Made by a program: the position numbers and the translations under genes. Shown here in pieces: positions 17,665 to 25,739 of a DNA stretch of 48,867 bases (its first letter is position 1; each line of letters starts with the position of its first letter). Source of the DNA: Eubacteriales Family XIII. Incertae Sedis bacterium (GTDB taxonomy: Bacteria; Bacillota; Clostridia; Peptostreptococcales; Anaerovoracaceae); assembly GCA_031290135.1 (NCBI GenBank), contig JAITOE010000013.1, positions 1 through 48,867 of the forward strand, read 5' to 3'. Below the pieces are notes generated by a model. It saw only the letters and a program-made list of their open reading frames with translations. It was not told the origin of the DNA and did not search any database.

Positions 17665-18750
17665 ATGAAAATGAAAGCACATGGGAGGATTTTAGCCTTG
17701 TTTTGCGTTGTTATGCTCGTTGTGGCGTCGCTTGCAGCCTGCGGCGGCAACAACAACACGGCTTCGACGCCACCGCCGGCAACTACGCCGGAACCCGAGG
17801 CGCCTGTTACCGTTACCCTGAAGCTGACGCACCATCAAAATCCGGGCACATCCGGAGATGCGGTCATCAATGAGTGGACGAAGCAGGTCGAAGATGCATC
17901 GAACGGTACCGTTAAAATTGAAGTGTACGGCGCGCAAACGCTTGGCAAGCAAGCGGATTTCTATGATATGGTCATCAATGGGACTGCGGACATCGGCTAT
18001 TGCTTCATTCCCAATTTCCCCGGGCAGTTTCCGGTAAGCGAAGGCGTGGCGTTGCCCGAGATGGGACTCACCTCAGCGCTTCAGGCCAGTCAGGTTCTGG
18101 AAGGATTCTATGAAACTTCGGAGCTGATGCAGGCCGAGTACAAAGATGTACACCCCCTGTTCTTCCATTCGCACGATCCTGCGCCGATTGGCACTGTATC
18201 AAAGAAGGTCACATCCGCGGGGGATATCAAGGGATTGAATCTGCGTGTCATAGGCGACGGACAGATCAAAATGGTGCAGGCCCTCGGCGGCGGAACCGTC
18301 GCGATTGCGTCAACGGAACTCTATACATCGCTTGAAAAAGGCGTCATCGACGGTTACGCGATTGGCTGGGAAGGCATCATGGCATTCAAACTGCCCGAAG
18401 TCGCGAAATATATCTTTGACTGCAACCTCTATTGCGGCGGTTTTATGATGATTATGAGCAACACTTCCTGGAATAGCCTTCCTCCTGAAGCACAGGCGGC
18501 GTTCGATGCGGTTAGCGGCATGAAGGCCGCGGAACTCTTCGGGAACACATGGGATGAAATGGTCAAAAAGTCGAGGGCAGAAGCCGAAGCCACGGTTGAA
18601 GTCACTGAGATCAGCGCCGAAGAACAAGCGAAGTGGGGCGAGATTGCCGGACCTATCCATGAAGAGTGGGCTGCAAATTTGCGCGCAAAAGGCATCGACG
18701 GCGATCTTGCATACCAGCAGATTCAGGAGCTTGTCAAGAAGTACGCCTAA
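17665..18750 (+). CDS. dctP: TRAP solute-binding lipoprotein (DctP family), system 1
   Basis: AAGGAG RBS, then ATG 17665. Signal peptide plus lipobox SLAACGG and a Pro/Thr linker, then a DctP-like body. Confidence 0.85.
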   Translation: MKMKAHGRILALFCVVMLVVASLAACGGNNNTASTPPPATTPEPEAPVTVTLKLTHHQNPGTSGDAVINEWTKQVEDASNGTVKIEVYGAQTLGKQADFYDMVINGTADIGYCFIPNFPGQFPVSEGVALPEMGLTSALQASQVLEGFYETSELMQAEYKDVHPLFFHSHDPAPIGTVSKKVTSAGDIKGLNLRVIGDGQIKMVQALGGGTVAIASTELYTSLEKGVIDGYAIGWEGIMAFKLPEVAKYIFDCNLYCGGFMMIMSNTSWNSLPPEAQAAFDAVSGMKAAELFGNTWDEMVKKSRAEAEATVEVTEISAEEQAKWGEIAGPIHEEWAANLRAKGIDGDLAYQQIQELVKKYA

Positions 18751-18770
18751 GAGGCCTAAGAGGTAACGAA

Positions 18771-19370
18771 ATGGAAAAGAACAACCTCTTTTCGCAGGGA
18801 GCCGGGAAAGCAGCGGACGGAATATATCGTTTTGTCGTGCCGATAAGCAAGTATTTGAGCGTTGTAGGCGTCGGCGCCACCCTCTTTGTGATGACGATGA
18901 TGGTTGTCGATGTGATCAGCCGGAAAGCGTTCCGCCACCCAATTATCGGCGCGTATGAACTCGAGGAATTTGGCATGGTATTGATGATAGTCCTCGCGTT
19001 TGCGTACTTGCAGGTATTCAAGGGCCATATTGGCGTTGAGCTTTTGGTGGAACGTTTCCCGAAAAGGGCGCGGGCGATTTTAGAGGTTTTTGCGAACCTG
19101 GTCTGCCTGTTGTTTTGGGGCGCGATTGCCTATGAGGCGTTCTTTCAGGCGATTGACCAAAAGGCGAAAGGCATAACCACCGCGAATCTTCTGATTCCGC
19201 TGTGGCCGTTCATCGTCATTCTTGGGATCGGCTGTACCTGTTTCGCGATTATGCTGGCCGCAGACGTGCTGAGGTCGATCCAGATGGCAACAGCGCCGAA
19301 AAAATATCTGGATGCCGTGCTGCCTGATGTAGGAACGTTTTCGGCGGAAGATTATGTCGCAGGAATTTGA
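18771..19370 (+). CDS. dctQ: TRAP small permease (DctQ family), system 1
   Basis: About 200 aa with 4 TM segments (VVDVISRKAFRHPIIGAYELEE motif region). ATG 18771 follows AAGAGG. Confidence 0.8.
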   Translation: MEKNNLFSQGAGKAADGIYRFVVPISKYLSVVGVGATLFVMTMMVVDVISRKAFRHPIIGAYELEEFGMVLMIVLAFAYLQVFKGHIGVELLVERFPKRARAILEVFANLVCLLFWGAIAYEAFFQAIDQKAKGITTANLLIPLWPFIVILGIGCTCFAIMLAADVLRSIQMATAPKKYLDAVLPDVGTFSAEDYVAGI

Positions 19371-19382
19371 GAGGAAATATCA

Positions 19383-20126
19383 ATGAACGGCATGAATGCT
19401 TCTTTGAAAAGCAAGCCGCGCGTGGGTTTGATCGTTCCCAGCGTGCAGTCGGTCACAGAACCGTTATTCAACAAAATCCATGGGGATTCATTTGATTTCC
19501 TGACAGCCCGTGTACGGCTGACCGGCGGCAAGATCGAGCACCTTATTGCCATGGAAAAAACGATTCCCGATGCCGTGATGTCCTTGGTGGAAGCTGACGT
19601 GGACAGGCTGGTGTATTGCTGCACGGCTTCCGGGGCAATTTCAGGCAAGGAGCACGAGATGGCGCTCAGCCATGAAATCCAAAGGGAATTTCACGTTCCC
19701 GTTCTTACGACGATGATGAGCTGCCTTGAGGCGTTCAAAAGCATTTCAGCCAATAGTGTTGCCATTGTTGCGCCCAATATCGCGCCAATAAATGATAAAG
19801 AACGAGAATACATCGAACAGAACGGGTTCCGTGTGCTTTCTGATGCCGGCTTTAACATGGAAGACGGCAGATTGTTTTCTTTTATACCGACGGAAGAGAT
19901 CGAAGCATTCGCGTTGAAGCACTGGAACGACCAGGCGGATGTTCTTTTCATGAGCTGTATGAACTGGCAAGCCACGAAAGTAATGTTTGAGGTTCAGGAT
20001 CGTATCGGAAAGCCGGTTGTAACATCCCATGCTGCTACGCTTTGGCAAATTTACTGCACTTTAAAAGAAGAAACAGGGTATCTTGATTATCTGGCTTTAA
20101 TCCAGGATAAAGTGAAAAAGAGCTGA
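19383..20126 (+). CDS. Asp/Glu/hydantoin-racemase superfamily protein of the maleate isomerase / arylmalonate decarboxylase (EutA-like) type
   Basis: About 247 aa. Two Cys motifs (VYCCTASG and FMSCMNW) sit at the spacing of the catalytic Cys pair of maleate cis-trans isomerase. Confidence 0.7.
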   Translation: MNGMNASLKSKPRVGLIVPSVQSVTEPLFNKIHGDSFDFLTARVRLTGGKIEHLIAMEKTIPDAVMSLVEADVDRLVYCCTASGAISGKEHEMALSHEIQREFHVPVLTTMMSCLEAFKSISANSVAIVAPNIAPINDKEREYIEQNGFRVLSDAGFNMEDGRLFSFIPTEEIEAFALKHWNDQADVLFMSCMNWQATKVMFEVQDRIGKPVVTSHAATLWQIYCTLKEETGYLDYLALIQDKVKKS

Positions 20127-20139
20127 CAAGCATATCTTA

Positions 20140-21474
20140 ATGCGGAGGAGGGCTTTTGATTTGAATCCTATAGCCGTGGGAATCATAGGGATGGTTATTT
20201 TGATCGCCCTCCTTTTCATGGGTTTACATGTCGGCATTACCATGATGCTCATCGGATTTTTTGGATATGCATATATCGTTCATACGCAAGGCGCAATCGG
20301 GATGTTGAAAGGCGTCCTATATTCGACGGGAAGCAATTACAGCCTTTCCGTAATACCGATGTTTGTTTTGATGGGGCATTTTGCGTATTATTCAGGGTTG
20401 AGCAAAGAGCTATATAATGTCGCGTATAAATGGCTTGGGCGGCTTCCCGGAGGGTTGGCGGTCGCGACGATTGGCGCCTGTGGTTTTTTTGCCGCGATAT
20501 GCGGTTCAAGCACGGCAACCGCCGCAACGTTTGGCACGGTCACATTGCCTGAAATGAAGCGGTATAAATACCATAATTCCCTGGCGACAGGATCTATTGC
20601 GGCCGGGGGAACGCTTGGGATTTTGATACCCCCGAGCGTCGGTTTTATTTTGTACGGCATCATATCAGGTCAATCCATAGGCCGGCTTTTCGCCGCAGGT
20701 TTCCTGCCCGGTTTTCTTCTTGCCTTTTGCTTTATTACGGTAATCATTTTTCAGGTGAAACGAAACCCGGCGCTGGCGCCCGAGATTGAAAAATCCTCAT
20801 TTAGGGAAAAAATGATTGCGCTGGGGGGCGTAGTTCCTGTTTTGGTTATTTTCATTTTTGTTATCGGAGGAATGTTCGGCGGGTTATTTACTGCCAATGA
20901 AGCTTCAGCTGTAGGGGCGATTGGCGCATTCATATATTTAATCATAAAGAAACAGGCGTCGTTTGAAAATATCAAGAAAGCGCTGGAAGCCACGGTAAAG
21001 ACGACGGCCATGATTTTTCTTATTTTAATCGGGGCTTACGCTTTTGGTTATTTTCTGGCAATTACCACCATCCCCACTGCCTTAGCTTCTTTTATTTCAG
21101 GTCTTGACGTCAACCGGTACGTGATTTTGATCGCAATTCTGATTTTTTACGCGCTCTTAGGATGCATCATGGACTCTTTGGCAATGGTTCTTCTAACCGT
21201 GCCTATTTTCTTCCCGGTGATCAGCGGTTTGGGATTTGATCCGATTTGGTATGGTGTGCTTATGGTTATGGTCATGGAAATGGGGCTGATCACTCCCCCT
21301 GTCGGCATGAATCTCTATATCATCAAGGGCGTCGCAGGCGATGAAATTGGAATCAAGGAAATCATACAAGGGGCTTTCCCCCATGTAATTGCAATGATGG
21401 TTGCCGTTATTATTGTAGTTATTTTTCCGATTATCGCATTGGCGCTGCCCAATCTTTTTTATGGGTCGGTGTGA
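20140..21474 (+). CDS. dctM: TRAP transporter large permease (DctM family), system 2
   Basis: Paralog of 16251-17555. The more likely start is TTG 20161, 8 nt after GGAGGAGGG. Confidence 0.85.
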   Translation: MRRRAFDLNPIAVGIIGMVILIALLFMGLHVGITMMLIGFFGYAYIVHTQGAIGMLKGVLYSTGSNYSLSVIPMFVLMGHFAYYSGLSKELYNVAYKWLGRLPGGLAVATIGACGFFAAICGSSTATAATFGTVTLPEMKRYKYHNSLATGSIAAGGTLGILIPPSVGFILYGIISGQSIGRLFAAGFLPGFLLAFCFITVIIFQVKRNPALAPEIEKSSFREKMIALGGVVPVLVIFIFVIGGMFGGLFTANEASAVGAIGAFIYLIIKKQASFENIKKALEATVKTTAMIFLILIGAYAFGYFLAITTIPTALASFISGLDVNRYVILIAILIFYALLGCIMDSLAMVLLTVPIFFPVISGLGFDPIWYGVLMVMVMEMGLITPPVGMNLYIIKGVAGDEIGIKEIIQGAFPHVIAMMVAVIIVVIFPIIALALPNLFYGSV

Positions 21475-21504
21475 TTGGAAAAAACGAAAGAGGGAGACCG
21501 GGGA

Positions 21505-22026
21505 ATGATACTTGTGAGAATCCTATATAAAATCAGCAATATATTGAATAAGGTCAGCATGATCACTGTTTTCGCGATGATGGCGCTCATGGTTCTTGAC
21601 GTGTGCGTTCGATTCGTTACAGGGAAACCGATTCTTGGGACGTTTGAAATCGTGGAAGTTTTAATGGTTGTCATAGTTTTTATGAGTTTAGCGAATACGC
21701 AAATAAAAAAGGGACACATCAATTTAGATATGTTTATCACATCTATGCCGAAGAAAATATCAGGAATATTGTATATCGTCATTTATGCATTGGCAGTCGT
21801 GATGAGCGCGATCATGGTGAGAGCTTCTTTCCGGGAAATGCTTGGTGTATACCACTCCCATAAAACAACAGCTACTTTGCAGTTTTCGGTGTTCCCGTTC
21901 CATATTATTTTGTTTGTCGGAGTGGTTTTCCTGTTCTTGGTTTTCATCGTTGACATGGTTCTTGCGTTCGGGAATATGCGTGCCATTTTTGGAAGAGAAG
22001 GGTCAAAGGCCGCAGAAGACGGATGA
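21505..22026 (+). CDS. dctQ: TRAP small permease (DctQ family), system 2
   Basis: GGGAG RBS, then ATG 21505. 4 TM segments, with the VLDVCVRFVTGKPILGTFEIVE region typical of DctQ. Confidence 0.8.
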   Translation: MILVRILYKISNILNKVSMITVFAMMALMVLDVCVRFVTGKPILGTFEIVEVLMVVIVFMSLANTQIKKGHINLDMFITSMPKKISGILYIVIYALAVVMSAIMVRASFREMLGVYHSHKTTATLQFSVFPFHIILFVGVVFLFLVFIVDMVLAFGNMRAIFGREGSKAAEDG

Positions 22027-22088
22027 TTTTAGCTATGGTTATTTTGCGCTGCAGCAATGGAACAATAATATTAAAGGAGGAAAGAGAA

Positions 22089-23171
22089 ATGAAGAAAAGA
22101 TCAATGCTCGTAATGGCGACGGTTCTTGCGCTTTTGATGATTCTTGCCGCTTGCGGCGGGAGCTCAAGCCCTGAAAGCAGTGACAGTTCCGGAGGCGGAT
22201 CGGAGGGAGGATATGACGGCGAAACAATAGAACTGACTCTGAGCCATTTTAATCCCCCGACTGCAATTTCAGCCATGCAGCTTGAGGCATGGGCGAAACG
22301 CGTTGAAGACAGGGCTGAAGGAAAGATTAAGATCAACATCTTCCCCGGAGGCAGTCTTGGCGCGCCGCAAGACCACTACAATATGGCAAAAGAAGGCACA
22401 GTTGACATTGCATATACGTTCGTTGGAATTAATCCCGGCGTATTCCCGATCTCGGAAGGTTTTGGATTGCCAATGATCGGATTTGAAAATGCATGGCAGT
22501 CAAGCATGGCGATGGAAGACATGTATTTGAATAACGAAGATATGCAGAAAGAGTATGCGGATGTCAAACTAATGTACATTCAGTCGTTCGATCCTGCCAT
22601 CGTAGGTACAAACGGTAAAAAAATAGAAACCATGGAAGATCTGAAAGGCCTGAAACTAAGGATTACGGCCGGACCTGTCAACTCGTTCTTCACGAAACTG
22701 GGCGCGTCTCCCGTCACGGCCCCGGTCACTGAAATTTACACAAACCTGGAAAAAAAGATATTAGACGGTTTTTATGCTGATTCAACGTCATTGGTGGACT
22801 ATAAGCTTGCTGAACTTTCGACAAACATTTTGGACGGAAAGATTTGCGCAGGGCCGTTCATCATTGTTATGAATTTGGATAAATGGAATTCGCTTCCGGA
22901 TGACCTGAAAGCTTGTTTCGATGCTGAGAACGGGTTAGTCGCCACGGATAATTGCGGGAAAATGTGGGACGAGTACACAAAAGAAGTATATGCGGATCTT
23001 GAATCACAGGGCAAAGAGATCAACAGGCTGTCTGCCGAAGAACGCGCCCGCTGGGAAGAGCTTGCCGCGCAAGTTGCGCAGGAATGGATCGCGGATATGG
23101 ATGGAAAAGGCTACGACGGCCAAGCTCTTTATGACGAGATCATTGCGTATAAAGATAAATATGTTCAGTAA
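22089..23171 (+). CDS. dctP: TRAP solute-binding lipoprotein (DctP family), system 2
   Basis: AAAGGAGG RBS, then ATG 22089. Lipobox ILAACGG and a Ser/Gly linker. Paralogous to 17665-18750. Confidence 0.85.
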   Translation: MKKRSMLVMATVLALLMILAACGGSSSPESSDSSGGGSEGGYDGETIELTLSHFNPPTAISAMQLEAWAKRVEDRAEGKIKINIFPGGSLGAPQDHYNMAKEGTVDIAYTFVGINPGVFPISEGFGLPMIGFENAWQSSMAMEDMYLNNEDMQKEYADVKLMYIQSFDPAIVGTNGKKIETMEDLKGLKLRITAGPVNSFFTKLGASPVTAPVTEIYTNLEKKILDGFYADSTSLVDYKLAELSTNILDGKICAGPFIIVMNLDKWNSLPDDLKACFDAENGLVATDNCGKMWDEYTKEVYADLESQGKEINRLSAEERARWEELAAQVAQEWIADMDGKGYDGQALYDEIIAYKDKYVQ

Positions 23172-23208
23172 ACAAACAGTAAGCAAACGCAGCAGGCAAA
23201 ACAATGAA

Positions 23209-23237
23209 TTGACATGCTTTTCCGCAGATGATATAAT
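23209..23237 (+). promoter_or_regulatory. Consensus sigma-A promoter upstream of the CitE-like gene
   Basis: TTGACA (23209-23214), 17 bp, TGaTATAAT (-10 at 23232-23237). Confidence 0.6.
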
Positions 23238-23303
23238 TTAATTGCCGAATAGTGACATGCAATTTCAAAGAATGAAATTGCGAAACGCCAAATGCATATT
23301 ACC

Positions 23304-23454
23304 CCGGCCATTAAATGTAGCTACAAAGTGGCGAGGATTTTTTCCGCCAGCCAAGGCGGCAGGTTCCGCTGATACTGGGCGGTATCAACGGGTTCTGCCA
23401 ACGCAGGATGGCGGAAAAAAGACCGGCACGAATAACGATATTTAGTGGCCGTGG
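23304..23454. repeat. Family-3 long palindromic element (about 150 bp), copy A
   Basis: The core GAGGATTTTTTCCGCCAG..GGTTCCGCTGATACTGGGCGGTATCAACGGGTTC..GGCGGAAAAAAGACCGGC is near-identical to the reverse complement of 41341-41440. Outer arms are CCGGCCATTAAAT / ATTTAGTGGCCGTGG. Confidence 0.85.
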
Positions 23455-23490
23455 TAATATCATACCCAAAACAAGAAAAGGAGAAAAATT

Positions 23491-24381
23491 ATGGCCATCA
23501 TGCGTTCCAGTTTCTACGTCCCGGCGAACAATGCCAAATTCATCGACAAGGCGCCGTCTTTCCCGGCCGACATCATCACCTTTGACATCGAGGACGCGGT
23601 CCCGCCCCAGCAAAAGGAAGTCGCGCGCAAGATGACCGCCGAAAAGCTGGCATACGCGGCATCCGGCGGCAGCGAGGTCTACGTCCGCGTCAACGGCTGG
23701 CACACGGAATTCACGAACGACGACCTTGAGGCGGTCGTTTATCCCGGCCTGCACGGCGTCACGCTGCCCAAGACGCGGGACGCGGACGACGTGAAGCGCC
23801 TCGACTGGAAGCTGGAAGAACTGGAGACCCGCCGCGGGATCCCTGTCGGTTCCGTCAAGATGAGCATCCTTCTGGAGACGGCCTCCGGCATCATGAACGC
23901 CTATGCCTGTTGCACCGCCAGCAAGCGCTTAGTTTCCGTCTTCTTCGGGGCGGTCGATTACTGTGCCGACATGCGCATCCGTCTTACGAACGAAGCAAAG
24001 GAGCAGGCTTACGCACGGACGACCGTGGCGGTGGCCGCGCGTTCCGCGGATCTCGTCGCCCTTGACGCGCCTTTCCCGGACTACAGCAACATGGACGCTT
24101 TTGAGAAGAACACCCTGGACGGTGTTTCCATGGGCTTTGAGGGCCGCATGATCATCCATCCGAGCCAGATCGAGGTCGCACACCGCCTGTATTCCCCGGC
24201 CCCGGAGGAAGCGGCGCATGCCGCCAAGGTGGTCAAGTTCTTCGAGGAAGAGGGCCTGGCCAAGGGTCTGGCATCCGTGGCGCTCGACGGCAAGATGATA
24301 GACACGCCCGTCTATGTAAACGCGCAGGGCGTACTGGCGCGGCAGGCGGAGATCCAGCAGAAGGAAGCCCGCCGGAAGTGA
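23491..24381 (+). CDS. HpcH/HpaI aldolase / citrate lyase beta (CitE)-like, malyl-CoA-lyase-type protein
   Basis: AAAGGAG RBS. The RSSFYVPANN..., DIEDAVP and LETASG regions are typical of the CitE family. No citD or citF partner is nearby. Confidence 0.8.
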   Translation: MAIMRSSFYVPANNAKFIDKAPSFPADIITFDIEDAVPPQQKEVARKMTAEKLAYAASGGSEVYVRVNGWHTEFTNDDLEAVVYPGLHGVTLPKTRDADDVKRLDWKLEELETRRGIPVGSVKMSILLETASGIMNAYACCTASKRLVSVFFGAVDYCADMRIRLTNEAKEQAYARTTVAVAARSADLVALDAPFPDYSNMDAFEKNTLDGVSMGFEGRMIIHPSQIEVAHRLYSPAPEEAAHAAKVVKFFEEEGLAKGLASVALDGKMIDTPVYVNAQGVLARQAEIQQKEARRK

Positions 24382-24535
24382 ACAACGTGCGCGAATTTAT
24401 TCACTATTCAAAGGCCGTGTCCGTCTGGGGGCAGTCCCGCTGGGATGTCTCTTCTCCGAGAAATCCCGACGTGCCACCCCTCAACCGCAAAACCGTACCC
24501 TGCGAAACCGTACCCCGCACCGCACGAAATTCCTG

Positions 24536-24565
24536 TTGACTTGCGCCCAAATAATGGGATATAAT
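24536..24565 (+). promoter_or_regulatory. Sigma-A-type promoter of pheST
   Basis: TTGACT (24536-24541), 18 bp, TATAAT (24560-24565). Confidence 0.55.
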
Positions 24566-24626
24566 AACACAGGACGGTCAAAATGCCTTTAGACTTACAC
24601 CGAAGGCATCATAACAATAAGCACAA

Positions 24627-24659
24627 CGCCCCCGTCCCTCTGGACGGGGATGTTTTTTT
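24627..24659 (+). terminator. Leader terminator (attenuator) upstream of pheS
   Basis: CCCCGTCC-CTCT-GGACGGGG (24630-24649), then ATGTTTTTTT. The upstream GGACGG (about 24572) could pair alternatively with CCGTCC. Confidence 0.6.
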
Positions 24660-24723
24660 CGGAGGTCGCCTTTACAAGGCGCGGTGTCTATGCCGCAGGC
24701 AGACCGGCGCACGGGAGGAAACA

Positions 24724-25722
24724 TTGGGCAAAAATGCTTCGGAAATAAAAAACGACCTGATTGCGCAGATCGACGCCGCCTCCGCGGCGGATGCCCTGCA
24801 GCGGATCGAATCGTCCTTTAAAAAAGCCGTCAAGGAATTGTTCTCCGAGATGAAAAGCCTGCCGCCCGAAGAGAAAAAAGACGCGGGGCAGGCGGTCAAC
24901 GACATGAAAAAAGACGTGGAAAGCAGGCTGCAGGCGGCGCGGGAGAAGCTGCTTTCCGCCGGGCGGGCCAACGTCCGGATGGATCTGTCCGTCAAGAGCC
25001 TCGATTATGTCCGGGGGAAGGTCCACCCGCTGATCCGGGTCGGGAAAATGATGGAAGACGTGTACAGGGACATGGGTTTTTCCATCGCCTACGGCCCTGA
25101 AATCGAAAACGACGCGCACAACTACGAGATGCTGAACATGCCCTACTACCATCCGGCGCGCGACATGCAGGACACATTTTACCTGAACTATCCCAAGGTG
25201 CTGCTTCGTTCCCATACCTCCTGCGTGCAGATACGGCATATGCTGGCGCACAAGCCCCCCATCATGATCATTTCCCCTGGCGTGGTGTACCGGACCGACG
25301 AGATCGACCCGCAGCACACCCCCTGCTTTTACCAGGTGGAAGGCTTGGTGGTGGGCGAGGGCATCAACCTCGCGAATTTGAAATGGGCGCTGACCGAGAG
25401 CGTGCAGCGGGTGTTCGGGCAGGCGTACAAAGTGAAATTCTCCCCGTCCTACTATCCCTACACCGAGCCGAGCGCCGCGGTGGACATGAGCTGCATCATT
25501 TGCGGGGGCGCCGGCTGCCGGACCTGCAAGGGCACGGGATGGCTGCGCATCGCGGGTTCCGGCATGGTACACCCGAACGTGTTCGAGGCCGTGGGCTACC
25601 CGCGTGACACCGCCGGATTCGCCTTCGGCTGGGGCCTGAACAAATTCCCGATGCTGTATTACAAAATCGCGGAAATGCGGAAACTTTTTGAAAACGAAAT
25701 CAAGCTTTGGGAGCAATTGTAG
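24724..25722 (+). CDS. pheS: Phenylalanine--tRNA ligase alpha subunit
   Basis: Class II motifs (HPARDMQDTF, FRTDEID.. region, GWLRIAGSGMVHPNV, GFAFGWG). The proposed start is TTG 24724, 5 nt after GGGAGG. There is no in-frame ATG in the right place. Confidence 0.9.
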   Translation: MGKNASEIKNDLIAQIDAASAADALQRIESSFKKAVKELFSEMKSLPPEEKKDAGQAVNDMKKDVESRLQAAREKLLSAGRANVRMDLSVKSLDYVRGKVHPLIRVGKMMEDVYRDMGFSIAYGPEIENDAHNYEMLNMPYYHPARDMQDTFYLNYPKVLLRSHTSCVQIRHMLAHKPPIMIISPGVVYRTDEIDPQHTPCFYQVEGLVVGEGINLANLKWALTESVQRVFGQAYKVKFSPSYYPYTEPSAAVDMSCIICGGAGCRTCKGTGWLRIAGSGMVHPNVFEAVGYPRDTAGFAFGWGLNKFPMLYYKIAEMRKLFENEIKLWEQL

Positions 25723-25739
25723 GAAGGGGTGCGGCGCGC

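Noticed and set aside
23242-23445. 67-aa ORF in the CitE-like leader.
   Set aside because: Most of it translates the family-3 palindromic repeat. It has no SD. The second repeat copy, in the opposite orientation, does not preserve any such frame.
24460-24500. T-box-like string on the minus strand (GAGGGGTGGCACGTCGGG), upstream of pheS.
   Set aside because: The orientation is wrong for pheS and there is no minus-strand gene to its left. Only the GGTGG core matches, and no Stem I or specifier features surround it.
24583-24723. An ATG-initiated reading frame (MPLDLHRRHHNNKHNAPVPLDGDVFFGG...) that could be a Phe-containing leader peptide or an N-terminal extension of PheS.
   Set aside because: It has no stop codon before pheS, so it cannot be a separate leader peptide. 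As an extension it would place a strong terminator hairpin inside the coding region and add a non-conserved basic N-terminus. A TTG with GGGAGG at 24724 fits the conserved PheS start better.
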